Origin: a virus | Lineage: Duplodnaviria; Heunggongvirae; Uroviricota; Caudoviricetes | Direction: 5' to 3' (one strand) | IMG/VR virus record: IMGVR_UViG_3300033405_000002 | Span: 243,595-307,594 of that record | DNA: 64,000 bases | In this document: positions 55,314-64,000 of the stretch, piece after piece | Layout of the letters: every line of letters begins with the position of its first letter | Position numbering within the stretch: position 1 is the first letter of the stretch | Notes under the pieces: generated by a model | What the model saw: only the letters and a program-made list of their open reading frames with translations | The model's database searches: none | What the model was told of the DNA's origin: nothing | Translations under genes and position numbers: made by a program

Positions 55314-55889
55314 ATGGGTAAGGGATATATCAAGCAAAAGAATGCAATGAAGAAGCTCTACCTGAACCAAGCGGTGAAGGAAATCGAGCGCCTTGAAGCG
55401 GAGAACAAAGCACTCAAGGAAGACCCTAACACTGTCATCGGTCAGTTCATCGGACAGTTCCGTGAGATGTATTCCCAGAACAGTCGCTTGTCTACGTTGT
55501 CCGCTTGTCTCATCCAGAAGCTAGGAGACAAGGTTACGCTGAGCAAAGCTGAGATGGAACAGTTCACATCCAAGCGCATCAACATCAAATGGGAAATTCC
55601 AGACGGCGTGGAGCCGAAGGACGCCACGGAGTTCATCTTCACTTACGAGCTTCAGGAAGTCCAGCCGCCAGTGCAGCCGCAGCCGGAGCAAGTTGAATGC
55701 ACCGACCCGAACTGCTCTCTGCCTAAAGACCTCAAGCACACGCATACCGTGCCTGTGGCACCGCCGACAGAAGACCCCACTGTGACTGTAAATGAAGTCC
55801 CATCCCCGCTCGAAGAGATTGAGCCGGGAGATGTCGTTAACGTCAATGGGGAAGATTGCACGGTTACGTCAGTAGAGCACAACGGCTAA
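55314..55889 (+). CDS. Hypothetical coiled-coil protein
   Basis: ATG 55314 with GGAG. Confidence 0.7.
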   Translation: MGKGYIKQKNAMKKLYLNQAVKEIERLEAENKALKEDPNTVIGQFIGQFREMYSQNSRLSTLSACLIQKLGDKVTLSKAEMEQFTSKRINIKWEIPDGVEPKDATEFIFTYELQEVQPPVQPQPEQVECTDPNCSLPKDLKHTHTVPVAPPTEDPTVTVNEVPSPLEEIEPGDVVNVNGEDCTVTSVEHNG

Positions 55890-55963
55890 ACCTTCGGCAA
55901 TCCCCGTTTGCCAATCTAAAAATTTTCATCAAACGCGTTTCGTCAGTAGAGGCGAAGCGCGTT

Positions 55964-56734
55964 ATGTTTTTCAAAAACCCCTTCAAGAAGACAACTTTCA
56001 AGGCATATTGGTGGGCAGAAGTCCCGAATTTCGGGGACGCCCTAGCCCCACTTTTGCTCGAACACTTCGCCGAAATTAAAGTGGAATGGGGAAGTATCAG
56101 CCATTCGTCCATCGCGTCTATCGGCTCGATTCTTGAGCACATCCCGCCGCTCTGGGACGGCTATATCCTTGGTTCTGGGCGCTTGATGCCGGATTCCCGG
56201 CTGCACTTAGTCCAGCGCAGAACAGGCGTAAGCGCTAAGATTCTGTCTGTGCGCGGCCCGTTGACCGCACGCGGTATTCCCGGCAGCTTTGGGATCGGCG
56301 ACCCCGGTATCCTCGCGGACGAGTTGGTTGGTTTCCAAGAGAAGCAGTGGGATTTAGGGATTCTCCCGCACTGGCAGGATACGGAGCTTGCACCCCGGTT
56401 CAAGAAAATGATCCCAGAAAAATTTTCGATCCATGTTATCAATCCGTCTGATGATCCGCTTGATGTTGTCCGGCAGATCGGGGCCAGCCGCAGACTTGTG
56501 ACCTCATCGCTTCACGGCATGATCGTGGCGGATGGCTTTGGTGTTCCGCGCCGCGTTGAGACCTGTCCCGCTATGGCGCGAGACGGCGGGGACTTTAAGT
56601 TCCGAGATTACTGCGCGTCAGTTCAGATGAAGTTCGAGACTGGCAAAATGATGGAGCCTGTGCGGTTCCGCGTTGAGGATGTGAAGTTTCAAGTCTACGA
56701 CGCCTATCGCGCTTTGGGGAAGGCACTGAAATGA
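55964..56734 (+). CDS. Polysaccharide pyruvyltransferase family protein (ExoV-like)
   Basis: NFGDAL, SIGSIL, VRGPLT, GDPG, SSLHGMIVADGFGVP. Confidence 0.85.
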   Translation: MFFKNPFKKTTFKAYWWAEVPNFGDALAPLLLEHFAEIKVEWGSISHSSIASIGSILEHIPPLWDGYILGSGRLMPDSRLHLVQRRTGVSAKILSVRGPLTARGIPGSFGIGDPGILADELVGFQEKQWDLGILPHWQDTELAPRFKKMIPEKFSIHVINPSDDPLDVVRQIGASRRLVTSSLHGMIVADGFGVPRRVETCPAMARDGGDFKFRDYCASVQMKFETGKMMEPVRFRVEDVKFQVYDAYRALGKALK

Positions 56735-57642
56735 CTGGGCACTTGGTTTTAGAAATCTTGGGAGGGGCGGTTGCCATGCTGGGAATCTTCGCCACGCTGT
56801 TTCGCCGGAAGAAGGGCTACGGGATCAGTATCTTGATTCCGTTCCGCTGCTTGGACAAGACAAACCAGCGCTGGAAGAACGTGGAATGGCTGAAGCGTTA
56901 CTGGGCGGCTCAGCTTCCCGGCGCGGAGATCATCATTGGCGAAGACTCTGAACTAGACAAGCCGTTCTCCAAGTCGGTCGCGGTAAACAATGCCGCTTCA
57001 AAAGCGAAAGGCGATATTTACGTGATCGTTGACGCAGACGGTTACATTTCGCCGGACGCTGTGTTACACTGCGCAGAAGAAATCCGTGCCGCTCGTAAGA
57101 AGGGAAAAAGGCTGTGGTTCGTACCATATCGTCAGTTCTATCGGTTGACTGAAGACGCATCGCGTCAGTTGCTTGAATCTGACCCGGCAAACCCGCTCGA
57201 ATTTCCGTGTCCGCCGAGGGCTAGTATGATGCAGAGCGACACTGATCCAACTATGGGGCACTGGTATGGGGCTATGATTCAGATCATGTCTCGTGAAGCC
57301 TTCGAGTTTGTAGGCGGTTGGGACCCACGCTTCCGTGGTTGGGGCGGTGAAGATCACGCCGCGATGCGAGCGATGGACACGATCTACGGGCCGCACAAGA
57401 CGCTTCCCGGTCAAGTGCTGCACGTCTGGCATCCGCAGTTAGGGCCGCAAGGTGTCGAAAATTCCGTGCATTGGAAGAACCGCATGTGGGAGAATCAAGA
57501 CACAGTGCAAGTGAACAACAAGCTGTCATGGCGCTACTATCATGCTTCGAACAAGCCTGATCTCATGCGCAAACTGTTAAACGAGGGGCACAAGCTGATT
57601 CCCGTTACCGGGAACCCGCCGCGCCGAAGAAACTCCATGTAA
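56731..57642 (+). CDS. Membrane-anchored GT2/GT7-type glycosyltransferase
   Basis: N-terminal TM, ISILIPFR, FSKSVAVNNAA, DAD, GGWDPRFRGWGGED, HVWH. Confidence 0.88.
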   Translation: MTGHLVLEILGGAVAMLGIFATLFRRKKGYGISILIPFRCLDKTNQRWKNVEWLKRYWAAQLPGAEIIIGEDSELDKPFSKSVAVNNAASKAKGDIYVIVDADGYISPDAVLHCAEEIRAARKKGKRLWFVPYRQFYRLTEDASRQLLESDPANPLEFPCPPRASMMQSDTDPTMGHWYGAMIQIMSREAFEFVGGWDPRFRGWGGEDHAAMRAMDTIYGPHKTLPGQVLHVWHPQLGPQGVENSVHWKNRMWENQDTVQVNNKLSWRYYHASNKPDLMRKLLNEGHKLIPVTGNPPRRRNSM

Positions 57643-57657
57643 ATTTTGAGGGACAAC

Positions 57658-57789
57658 ATGAACAACCACAAGGGTTTGGCACGTTACTGGCTAAAATTTC
57701 TGATCGCCGCCTACCAAGCCTGCGGTTGGCTGTCCCACAGGTTCTTGTCGGCCGCCATCAAGTTCACGGCTACAGAACTCCATAAGTAA
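57658..57789 (+). CDS. 43-aa amphipathic peptide
   Basis: RBS GAGGG; MNNHKGLARYWLKFLIAAYQACGW... Confidence 0.45.
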   Translation: MNNHKGLARYWLKFLIAAYQACGWLSHRFLSAAIKFTATELHK

Positions 57790-57869
57790 GAGACGTTTAT
57801 TCATACGTGGCTTCGGTCAAGCATCAGGTGGGCTAAGACCCGGTTGCTCCGAAAGCATCTTTCACCGAG

Positions 57870-57902
57870 GGCGGGGACTGCCAAGCTTCCCGCCCCATTT
57901 TC
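57870..57902 (+). terminator. Probable terminator
   Basis: GGGCGGG...CCCGCCC followed by CATTTT. Confidence 0.55.
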
Positions 57903-57991
57903 TGACTTCCTGTGGTATTATATGACAGAGGGAGCCTTCCCAAGGGAGAACATGACAATGCAATTTCATTAGTTGACCTGAGGAGGCAACA

Positions 57992-58660
57992 TTGTCTATG
58001 TTCAAAACACTGCTCAAAGGGCTGGCTGAAGTAGACGCCTACCTGCGTAATACAACACTCAAAAAAGACAACGAACTCATCGAGTGGGACCACGACTATT
58101 TCTTCGGTCCCAATCATGACCCTATCCGTACCCGTGTCTACTGGTTCGTCCGCGTTTGGTGCGGGCGCATCTGGGAAGCCCCCGGCAACGCCTATGACTA
58201 CGTAAAGTGGTTCATCCAGCGCGGTCACCGTGGTTGGGCCGACCGTGACACATGGGGACTGCACGACTACATGTCTAGCTGGCTCCCCGACGCTCTCCGT
58301 CATCTCAAGAACACCAAACACGGCATCCCAATGTGCGTCTTCGAAGGATTGCCCACCGAGAACAACGACGGCTACACCCACAGCAAGGAAACTTTCGCCA
58401 TCGCAGAAGCCCGCTGGGATGCGATCATGGACAAGATGATCGCTGGATTTGAAGCCAGCCAGCGTATTCAAGAAGGACTCTACGAGAAGGAACTTGGCCC
58501 GTATCCCGGTCGCCGTCCTGATGGTGTTACCAAGGCCGAATACAAGAAGGTTCTCGATGACCGCTACCAAGCGATCCGTGCCTGTGAAGAACGCGACATG
58601 AAAATTTTTGAAGAAGGAATGGCTCTTTTCGCAAAGCACTACTGGAGCCTGTGGGACTGA
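57992..58660 (+). CDS. Hypothetical phage protein
   Basis: RBS GAGGAGG; extended -10 TGTGGTATTAT at 57911-57921; ends FAKHYWSLWD, a recurrent phage hypothetical ending. Confidence 0.8.
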   Translation: MSMFKTLLKGLAEVDAYLRNTTLKKDNELIEWDHDYFFGPNHDPIRTRVYWFVRVWCGRIWEAPGNAYDYVKWFIQRGHRGWADRDTWGLHDYMSSWLPDALRHLKNTKHGIPMCVFEGLPTENNDGYTHSKETFAIAEARWDAIMDKMIAGFEASQRIQEGLYEKELGPYPGRRPDGVTKAEYKKVLDDRYQAIRACEERDMKIFEEGMALFAKHYWSLWD

Positions 58661-58661
58661 C

Positions 58662-58958
58662 ATGGCTATCAAATTCGAACGCAAACTCGGCTACGCCAGT
58701 ATTGGCGACTATATGACGATTGGCTGGTCGCAACAGTGGTCAGCCGTCTTCGATCCTACGCACTACAACTGGGTGGACTTCACGTTCATCAATGCAGAGA
58801 TTGAGTGGGACAGGAAGTGCGGCAGTCTCGAAGGCAACTTTGAACTGTTGGGCTTCCGTCTTTGGATTTGCATTTCCGTCCACGAGCCGGACAAAGAAAT
58901 TTTGGACGCATTGAAAGAAGTAGCTGGAGAGGCTGAGAAGAATGCACCAGATCAATAA
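58662..58958 (+). CDS. Hypothetical protein
   Basis: ATG 58662 right after the previous stop. Confidence 0.65.
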   Translation: MAIKFERKLGYASIGDYMTIGWSQQWSAVFDPTHYNWVDFTFINAEIEWDRKCGSLEGNFELLGFRLWICISVHEPDKEILDALKEVAGEAEKNAPDQ

Positions 58959-59547
58959 CGCATACGACGCCTATCACTTCTTGTACAGTCACCCGAAGTT
59001 CATGCTGCGGGAACGATACGAGATCACCCCGGAAGAATACGACAAGGGTTTGGCTGACGGCTATTTGGTCACCAAGGATCGTGGCGGCAAGTGCTACCGT
59101 GAACAACGGCACCTGTTCCGCCACGCCATTGAACACAACCTTGACATCTTCTACGCCAAGGTGGATGAAACCGGGCGCGTCAACGATGACCGCCAAAAGA
59201 ACGTGAACGTTGAATGCTGGCTGGAATTCGGTCAACTCGAATGGGGCTACATGTCAGGCGGTGAGTACGATTGGGACACTGAAACTGGTCTGCTCAACTA
59301 CCACGACGTCGATCTTGACACCGGGGGCCCGACGTTTGACGAGGCTCTGATAAGCCTCGCCAAACTCGTGCTCGAACATCATGGGGACTACGAAGACTTG
59401 CCGTATAAAGAGCAACGTGCTAAGCAGTGTGGAGAGACAGTTCCATGTGCTGACTGTCGGGATGCGAAGGCGTGGGCGCGTCGTCATGGTCTGACGCCAA
59501 AAGACGCTCCTGACGTTTCACCCGCACCTTCCACTTCCGAAGAGTAG
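58942..59547 (+). CDS. Hypothetical protein
   Basis: 201 aa with GGAG RBS. Confidence 0.75.
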   Translation: MHQINNAYDAYHFLYSHPKFMLRERYEITPEEYDKGLADGYLVTKDRGGKCYREQRHLFRHAIEHNLDIFYAKVDETGRVNDDRQKNVNVECWLEFGQLEWGYMSGGEYDWDTETGLLNYHDVDLDTGGPTFDEALISLAKLVLEHHGDYEDLPYKEQRAKQCGETVPCADCRDAKAWARRHGLTPKDAPDVSPAPSTSEE

Positions 59548-60016
59548 TGTTCGCCAGCTTCAGCTTGCGCTCCCACTCACGGACTTTGCTTTGTGCCTTG
59601 GCAAGCGCCTTGGCGCGTTTCTCAGTCAAGGACGGCTTGACAGGTGCAGCCTTAACGCCGATAGGATAGTCCAGCGCGTAAGCGTACCGCTCACGCCATC
59701 CCGGACCCCAAGTGTATCGCGTGGAATTCATCTCGCGGTGCTTCATTCCCTTAGCGTGCGCCAGTTCGTGAGCGATCACCATAGCCAGCGCCACAGGGTC
59801 AAGATTGGTGCGCGGCAGATTGAGCCGCATACGGACGTTGGGGTCTTTCATCGTGCCGTAGTAACACCAGCCGCCGATGTTGCCGTTGCGCCGATACTTG
59901 ATTGTGATGCGTCCCCGGTTTTTCAACTGACCGGGATCAAGCTCGTCCTGCGCAACTCGATAAACCAGCCGCATGATGTCCCGCGTATCCCAATGCGTGT
60001 GGTTGACAATTTTCAT
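59420..60016 (-). CDS. Zincin-like metalloprotease (HExxH) with C-terminal coiled coil
   Basis: VIAHELAHAKGMKH; ATG 60016 with AGGAG; overlaps the convergent gene by 128 nt. Confidence 0.75.
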   Translation of the reverse strand: MKIVNHTHWDTRDIMRLVYRVAQDELDPGQLKNRGRITIKYRRNGNIGGWCYYGTMKDPNVRMRLNLPRTNLDPVALAMVIAHELAHAKGMKHREMNSTRYTWGPGWRERYAYALDYPIGVKAAPVKPSLTEKRAKALAKAQSKVREWERKLKLANTTLRKWKVRVKRQERLLASDHDDAPTPSHPDSQHMELSLHTA

Positions 60017-60219
60017 AGCGTCTCCTGTTCTGGCATTACGTCCACAATGGTGACAGTACATTTGATGCTGGTGATACGCTTTTTGGCAACCTTTTTTAAG
60101 AGATTGCCGAAGGCGCGACCAATGGCTACCTTACTGGTTGAGCCTTTGGCACGTCCGGTTTGGAAGATGTTTCCGCCTTTCAATTCTGGAAACATCGCTT
60201 CAACAGTGGCAAGCTTCAT
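60013..60219 (-). CDS. Small basic early protein
   Basis: ATG 60219 with AAGGGGG; ATGA overlap with the next gene. Confidence 0.75.
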   Translation of the reverse strand: MKLATVEAMFPELKGGNIFQTGRAKGSTSKVAIGRAFGNLLKKVAKKRITSIKCTVTIVDVMPEQETL

Positions 60220-60248
60220 GGTTCCCCCTTTGTTTGACTTACACAACC

Positions 60249-60257
60249 ATTATACCA
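60249..60257 (-). promoter_or_regulatory. Extended -10 promoter TGGTATAAT
   Basis: TGn-TATAAT about 30 nt upstream of ATG 60219. Confidence 0.7.
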
Positions 60258-60358
60258 TAGTGATTTTCTGCGACATGCGTTTTCGCCTGTATTCATGCGG
60301 TTTGGACGCACTAAGGCATTTATTTTCAGTAGTGAGATTTCTGCTTGACAGGATTTTC

Positions 60359-63300
60359 TTAAACGTAGCGGTCGTTCTTTGTAACCTGCAATGGGGCGTC
60401 ATAACGCACCGATTCGTAGATGCGCAGGCAGTCTTCCCATGTGCCCTGTGAGTTTTGCCATTCGGCGTAGAGTTCATCTTCCTTGCGCTTGAGCGTGTAC
60501 GTCAAAGGCTCCGCAACGGAGTTCTCGTCAGGTTCCAGATTTGCCTTATTGAAGCGGGATAGCGGTACGCGGATGATCGCTTCTTCTGCTTCGGCCTCGT
60601 AGTCTAGTTCTGCATCCACGGCTTCTTCAGCGTAGGTCGCGGCGATTCTTTCTGTGCCCCAATAGCTCCCGGCTTCCATCACGCCGTCAAGCATGATCTT
60701 TTCAGCGATAGTAGCGGTTGTGCCATGGTACAAGTAAACTTCGGCGGCGGCTTCCTTGTTGAAGTCATCACTCTCGGCTTCTTCTTCATCGTACTCGCGT
60801 CCTTCGGAGTCTTGGATCGCGTGCTTTAACTCATGGTCAATGCTTTTACCGATCCCCATTGGGTAGTCGCGGTGAGCTTCAAGATCAATCAGCACGACCG
60901 GGTATCCGCATGTCCCGTCAATGTACATCGCAACCGCGTTGAGATGAGACAGGTCAACATCCCAGAGTTCAAACGGTTGCTTGGTACGTTGGTAGAGACG
61001 CTGCGCTACGCCAACCGCAAGCTCGGCAAGCTCCGGGTCGCTATTCGCACGCGGCTCATAATCCCAAGAAGGTTGGTAGTCATGGTGTCCGTTGTCTTCC
61101 GGCGCACGCCAGAGTAGTCCCGGTTCATCGGCTGAAGCCGTCTTCTTCCCGATTGCTGCGAGTCCGGCTTCCGTAATTACACGGTCGTCCTTCCAGACTT
61201 CAGGATATTTGTTGGCACGCGCAACCCAACCGCGCTTCTCCATAGCTTCCATCGTCCGCGTCGGGACATACCAGATCGTGTTGCCGTCTTCTCCCTTGGG
61301 GATTCCGAAAGTATCATAACTTGTGACCGGATCAACTGTCCAGAATCCTCCCTTCACACGGTAGAGCGCCTTGCCGTCCGCCATGTGCTGTAAACCGTCA
61401 AGTTGCGTGGGCGTAGGCTTGCTGGCAGCCGTTACCCATCTTTTCTCCGGTTCCGGCTTTTGCCAATCTCCATAGCTCCGTCTGATGCCTGTGATTTCGA
61501 CATCCGTTCCGGGTTTGACGTAGACTTCTTTTTCACCCCAGCAGAATCTCTTGTTCTGCAAGAACGTTTCTTCCCAATCAACCGCGTCTTCACGAATTTG
61601 TGTGCGAAGAAGGGTAAGATTGTTTCGATCTCCGCGCATAGCATCTTCGGCTAAGCCTTCATCCACAGACCAGAACGGTCCAACATTTTCAAAATTGATC
61701 TCTTCAGGCGCGACCCCAAGTCCGCGATACACAGTAAGCGGGAATTTCAACTGCGCCTTGAACTCGTCAAATTTTACTTTATCTTCAGCGAGCGAACCAT
61801 ATTTTTTAACGTCAGCCCACAGGTCTTCGGGATGCGTGGCGGTGTCACGTCTGATTTCTTTGATCTTTGGAACGCTTTGCTCGAAGATACCAATGGCGGT
61901 GTGTCCCACGTTTCCGTGTCCTTCGACCTGTGCGTAGTCGTTGATCTTTACGCCGTCGTAGCCCATCTTAGCAAGCTGTTCAAACTTCCCGTATTCGCGA
62001 TATTGAGGATCGAGCAAATCACCTTCGTTCTGCCCGCCTTCCGTCATATCGAAAACATTCAACGGTTGTTGAACTTCAAACACGCACACGGTGCCTTCTT
62101 CAAACTTGTTTGGCAGCAGTTCTTCATGACCGTTTTCCATGTGCAGCTTCAAACGGTACTGTCCGCGATGGTAGTTGTCTTCAGGACGCTCCGGCTCGTA
62201 GCCGTATTCCGCCAGCTTCTTCTTGACATACTGCATCAAGGCTTCTTCCCGGCCCACCTGCCAATCGTTGGCGGCTTTGTAATAGTCGTCCTGCTTCTCG
62301 AACTTGGTCTTGTCCGGGTACGGATGCGGATACAAAGTCTCAAGCAATTTCGGTGCGCGGTAGGAGTTAGGGCGTCCGGTTGCGTCGTACTTGATGTCAG
62401 TGTACTCGAACCCCAGTTGCTTCTGTAGGTCTGCGACTCCACTGCGGTCATTCGGGCAGGAAGCGATGGACTTTAACGTCGCCATCATCTCCAAACCAGC
62501 AGGGGGAATGTACGTGCGAGCAAATGTTGGACTTTGCGTAGTCCACAGGCAACCGTCCGATGCAGGTTTGTGCGTATGAATTTCATCTTCGCCGATGCCA
62601 CGATACAACAGGGTTCCGGCTGGAATGGTCAACCCAGCACGCGCCGGGGCGGGCGTTGCGGCAAACAAGGATTTCTGTGGCTCTGCGTTCGCCAGTGTCC
62701 ATGCTGGGACTGTGCTTTCATGTCCCGCATCCCATTTGACCACGATCAATGGGCGCATATCCGGGCTTGTGTCGTTTGGGGCTGGTCTAAGTACCTTCTT
62801 GACTTCACCTTTCAATCGTAGATGTTTGTCCAGAAAAGTTGGAAGGTAAAAAACGCGTGTCCCACGTTTGATTTCATCGTAACCCATAGCGGTTACAAGC
62901 TTCGACGCGATCTTGCCGGGGATTTCCTTTTCGCCGGACGCCTCCCGTTTGGACATACCGAACGGCACACTGGCGTAAACATCCAACAGCTTCTCTTCTT
63001 TCGGCTCTTCCTTTTTCTTTTCCTGCTTTGGTTTGCGCGGCAAGTCGGCGGGAATCGGGGACACCGGAGCGACTGGTTCTACGCGAACCGATGCGGTGAA
63101 GCGCGGGTCTCGCGGATTAAAGGACTGTGCCCATACGGATTTGATCTGGTTTGGCTCAAACGCAACCCATGCGGTGCCGCCTTCTACCACATTCTTGTAG
63201 TGAATACCGTCATAACCCGCCGCCTCAAGGCGCTGGCGTGCTTGGCTGGCAAGTTCATACGCAGCGTCGCGGAGTAGGTCGTCGGAGCCTTCACCCCCAC

Positions 63301-64000
63301 GCGCTTCTTCAAACAAGAAGCGGTTCTTTTCGGTGCGGAAGGCTTGGTCATTTTCGTACTTGTTGTACCACTCGTTGATCGCCGCTTCGCCCTCGTTAGT
63401 GTCTGCATACGGTTGAATGCCGTCCGCTTCCATTGCGATTTCGAGTGCGTCCCCACTGACTTTCCCTTGGTTGATGAACTCGCGCAAGTTGTGTTCAGAG
63501 CCGAAGTCCTTTGGGTTAGTGATACGCAAGTATACTTGAATAACGCGGGGCATCTCTTTGTCCCCTTCGTATCGTGTGCTTGTCCAGCCTTTACCTTCGG
63601 CAAACTGATTTGCTACATTAGGCTGCACGGCAAAGTGAGCGCCCATTAGCGAAGTAGGGTCAGCGCCACTACCTGAAGACATCGGCTGCCCTTCGTAATC
63701 ACTGTCATCAACAGGTGGGCCGTCCACGCTGAACGTGTCAAAATTTACGGAAGAGCGCGTGCCATGGTACACCGGGAGCGGGTTGCCGTTTGAATCCACA
63801 ACCTTGCTGCCGTCGAACCATTGGCGGAACTTCGCGTCTTGCGAATTCGGGAACATCTCTTTCTGTTCCGCACCCTTTTTCCGTTTCTCCGGCTCGTCTT
63901 CAATGTCATAACCGCCATCAGACTCGTAGTCATTCTCGACTGGCTGCGGTGTGGGGTTCCCGTTTACACCTTTCCACATGTACTGATCGGACTCATCTCC
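60359..64000 (-). CDS. Polyvalent protein with four ADP-ribosyltransferase-like domains, SH3-like/QxxLF module, wHTH and HExxH peptidase; 5' partial
   Basis: Frame open to the window edge; FRQWFDGSKVVDSNGNPLPVYHGT (ART-PolyVal type), LLYRG, VYRG...FWS...EKE, LYHGT, HELKH. Confidence 0.82.
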   Translation of the reverse strand, partial: GDESDQYMWKGVNGNPTPQPVENDYESDGGYDIEDEPEKRKKGAEQKEMFPNSQDAKFRQWFDGSKVVDSNGNPLPVYHGTRSSVNFDTFSVDGPPVDDSDYEGQPMSSGSGADPTSLMGAHFAVQPNVANQFAEGKGWTSTRYEGDKEMPRVIQVYLRITNPKDFGSEHNLREFINQGKVSGDALEIAMEADGIQPYADTNEGEAAINEWYNKYENDQAFRTEKNRFLFEEARGGEGSDDLLRDAAYELASQARQRLEAAGYDGIHYKNVVEGGTAWVAFEPNQIKSVWAQSFNPRDPRFTASVRVEPVAPVSPIPADLPRKPKQEKKKEEPKEEKLLDVYASVPFGMSKREASGEKEIPGKIASKLVTAMGYDEIKRGTRVFYLPTFLDKHLRLKGEVKKVLRPAPNDTSPDMRPLIVVKWDAGHESTVPAWTLANAEPQKSLFAATPAPARAGLTIPAGTLLYRGIGEDEIHTHKPASDGCLWTTQSPTFARTYIPPAGLEMMATLKSIASCPNDRSGVADLQKQLGFEYTDIKYDATGRPNSYRAPKLLETLYPHPYPDKTKFEKQDDYYKAANDWQVGREEALMQYVKKKLAEYGYEPERPEDNYHRGQYRLKLHMENGHEELLPNKFEEGTVCVFEVQQPLNVFDMTEGGQNEGDLLDPQYREYGKFEQLAKMGYDGVKINDYAQVEGHGNVGHTAIGIFEQSVPKIKEIRRDTATHPEDLWADVKKYGSLAEDKVKFDEFKAQLKFPLTVYRGLGVAPEEINFENVGPFWSVDEGLAEDAMRGDRNNLTLLRTQIREDAVDWEETFLQNKRFCWGEKEVYVKPGTDVEITGIRRSYGDWQKPEPEKRWVTAASKPTPTQLDGLQHMADGKALYRVKGGFWTVDPVTSYDTFGIPKGEDGNTIWYVPTRTMEAMEKRGWVARANKYPEVWKDDRVITEAGLAAIGKKTASADEPGLLWRAPEDNGHHDYQPSWDYEPRANSDPELAELAVGVAQRLYQRTKQPFELWDVDLSHLNAVAMYIDGTCGYPVVLIDLEAHRDYPMGIGKSIDHELKHAIQDSEGREYDEEEAESDDFNKEAAAEVYLYHGTTATIAEKIMLDGVMEAGSYWGTERIAATYAEEAVDAELDYEAEAEEAIIRVPLSRFNKANLEPDENSVAEPLTYTLKRKEDELYAEWQNSQGTWEDCLRIYESVRYDAPLQVTKNDRYV

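Noticed and set aside
57790-57870. Riboswitch-like structure (GGTG...CACC, TTCG and GAAA loops)
   Set aside because: Short alternative helices only; no match to a riboswitch consensus I can support.
1-64000. Stop-codon reassignment as in some jumbo phages
   Set aside because: Long ORFs tile the window in the standard code, and TAA, TGA and TAG all serve as stops.
1-64000. tRNA genes, reverse transcriptase/DGR, integrase, IS elements, portal, classical prohead protease, endolysin
   Set aside because: No supporting motifs recognised by eye; they may lie outside the window or be too divergent.

Overview
A 64 kb segment of a large (jumbo-type) tailed dsDNA phage genome in the standard genetic code. 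No replication, portal or recognisable prohead-protease gene is seen in the window. It holds a head-decoration gene cut by the left edge, the major capsid protein (535-1494), terminase large subunit (41268-43373), and several Ser/Thr/Gly-rich virion or tail proteins. Four very large mosaic proteins (13172-16975, 30966-35447, 35434-39453, 60359->64000) are also present. Accessory genes include three DNA methyltransferases (one with an overprinted second subunit), four glycosyltransferases, a pyruvyltransferase, an LpxH-like phosphoesterase, three HNH/EndoVII-type nucleases, sigma-factor-like proteins, and a GcvH-like gene with an intact sigma-54 promoter. Several genes resemble Acidobacteriota genes as I recall them, so an acidobacterial host is an unverified inference. 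The main candidate novel system is a set of polyproteins whose domains are separated by a recurrent [K/R]-x-A-[A/S/G/D] motif that also occurs near the capsid N-terminus. This suggests protease-released, virion-delivered effectors: ADP-ribosyltransferase-like domains, a sigma-like domain, SWIM and Zn-ribbon domains, and SH3-like barrels each tailed by a QxxLF/QxxMF sliding-clamp-binding-like motif. All family assignments come from motif recognition by eye; no database search was run.
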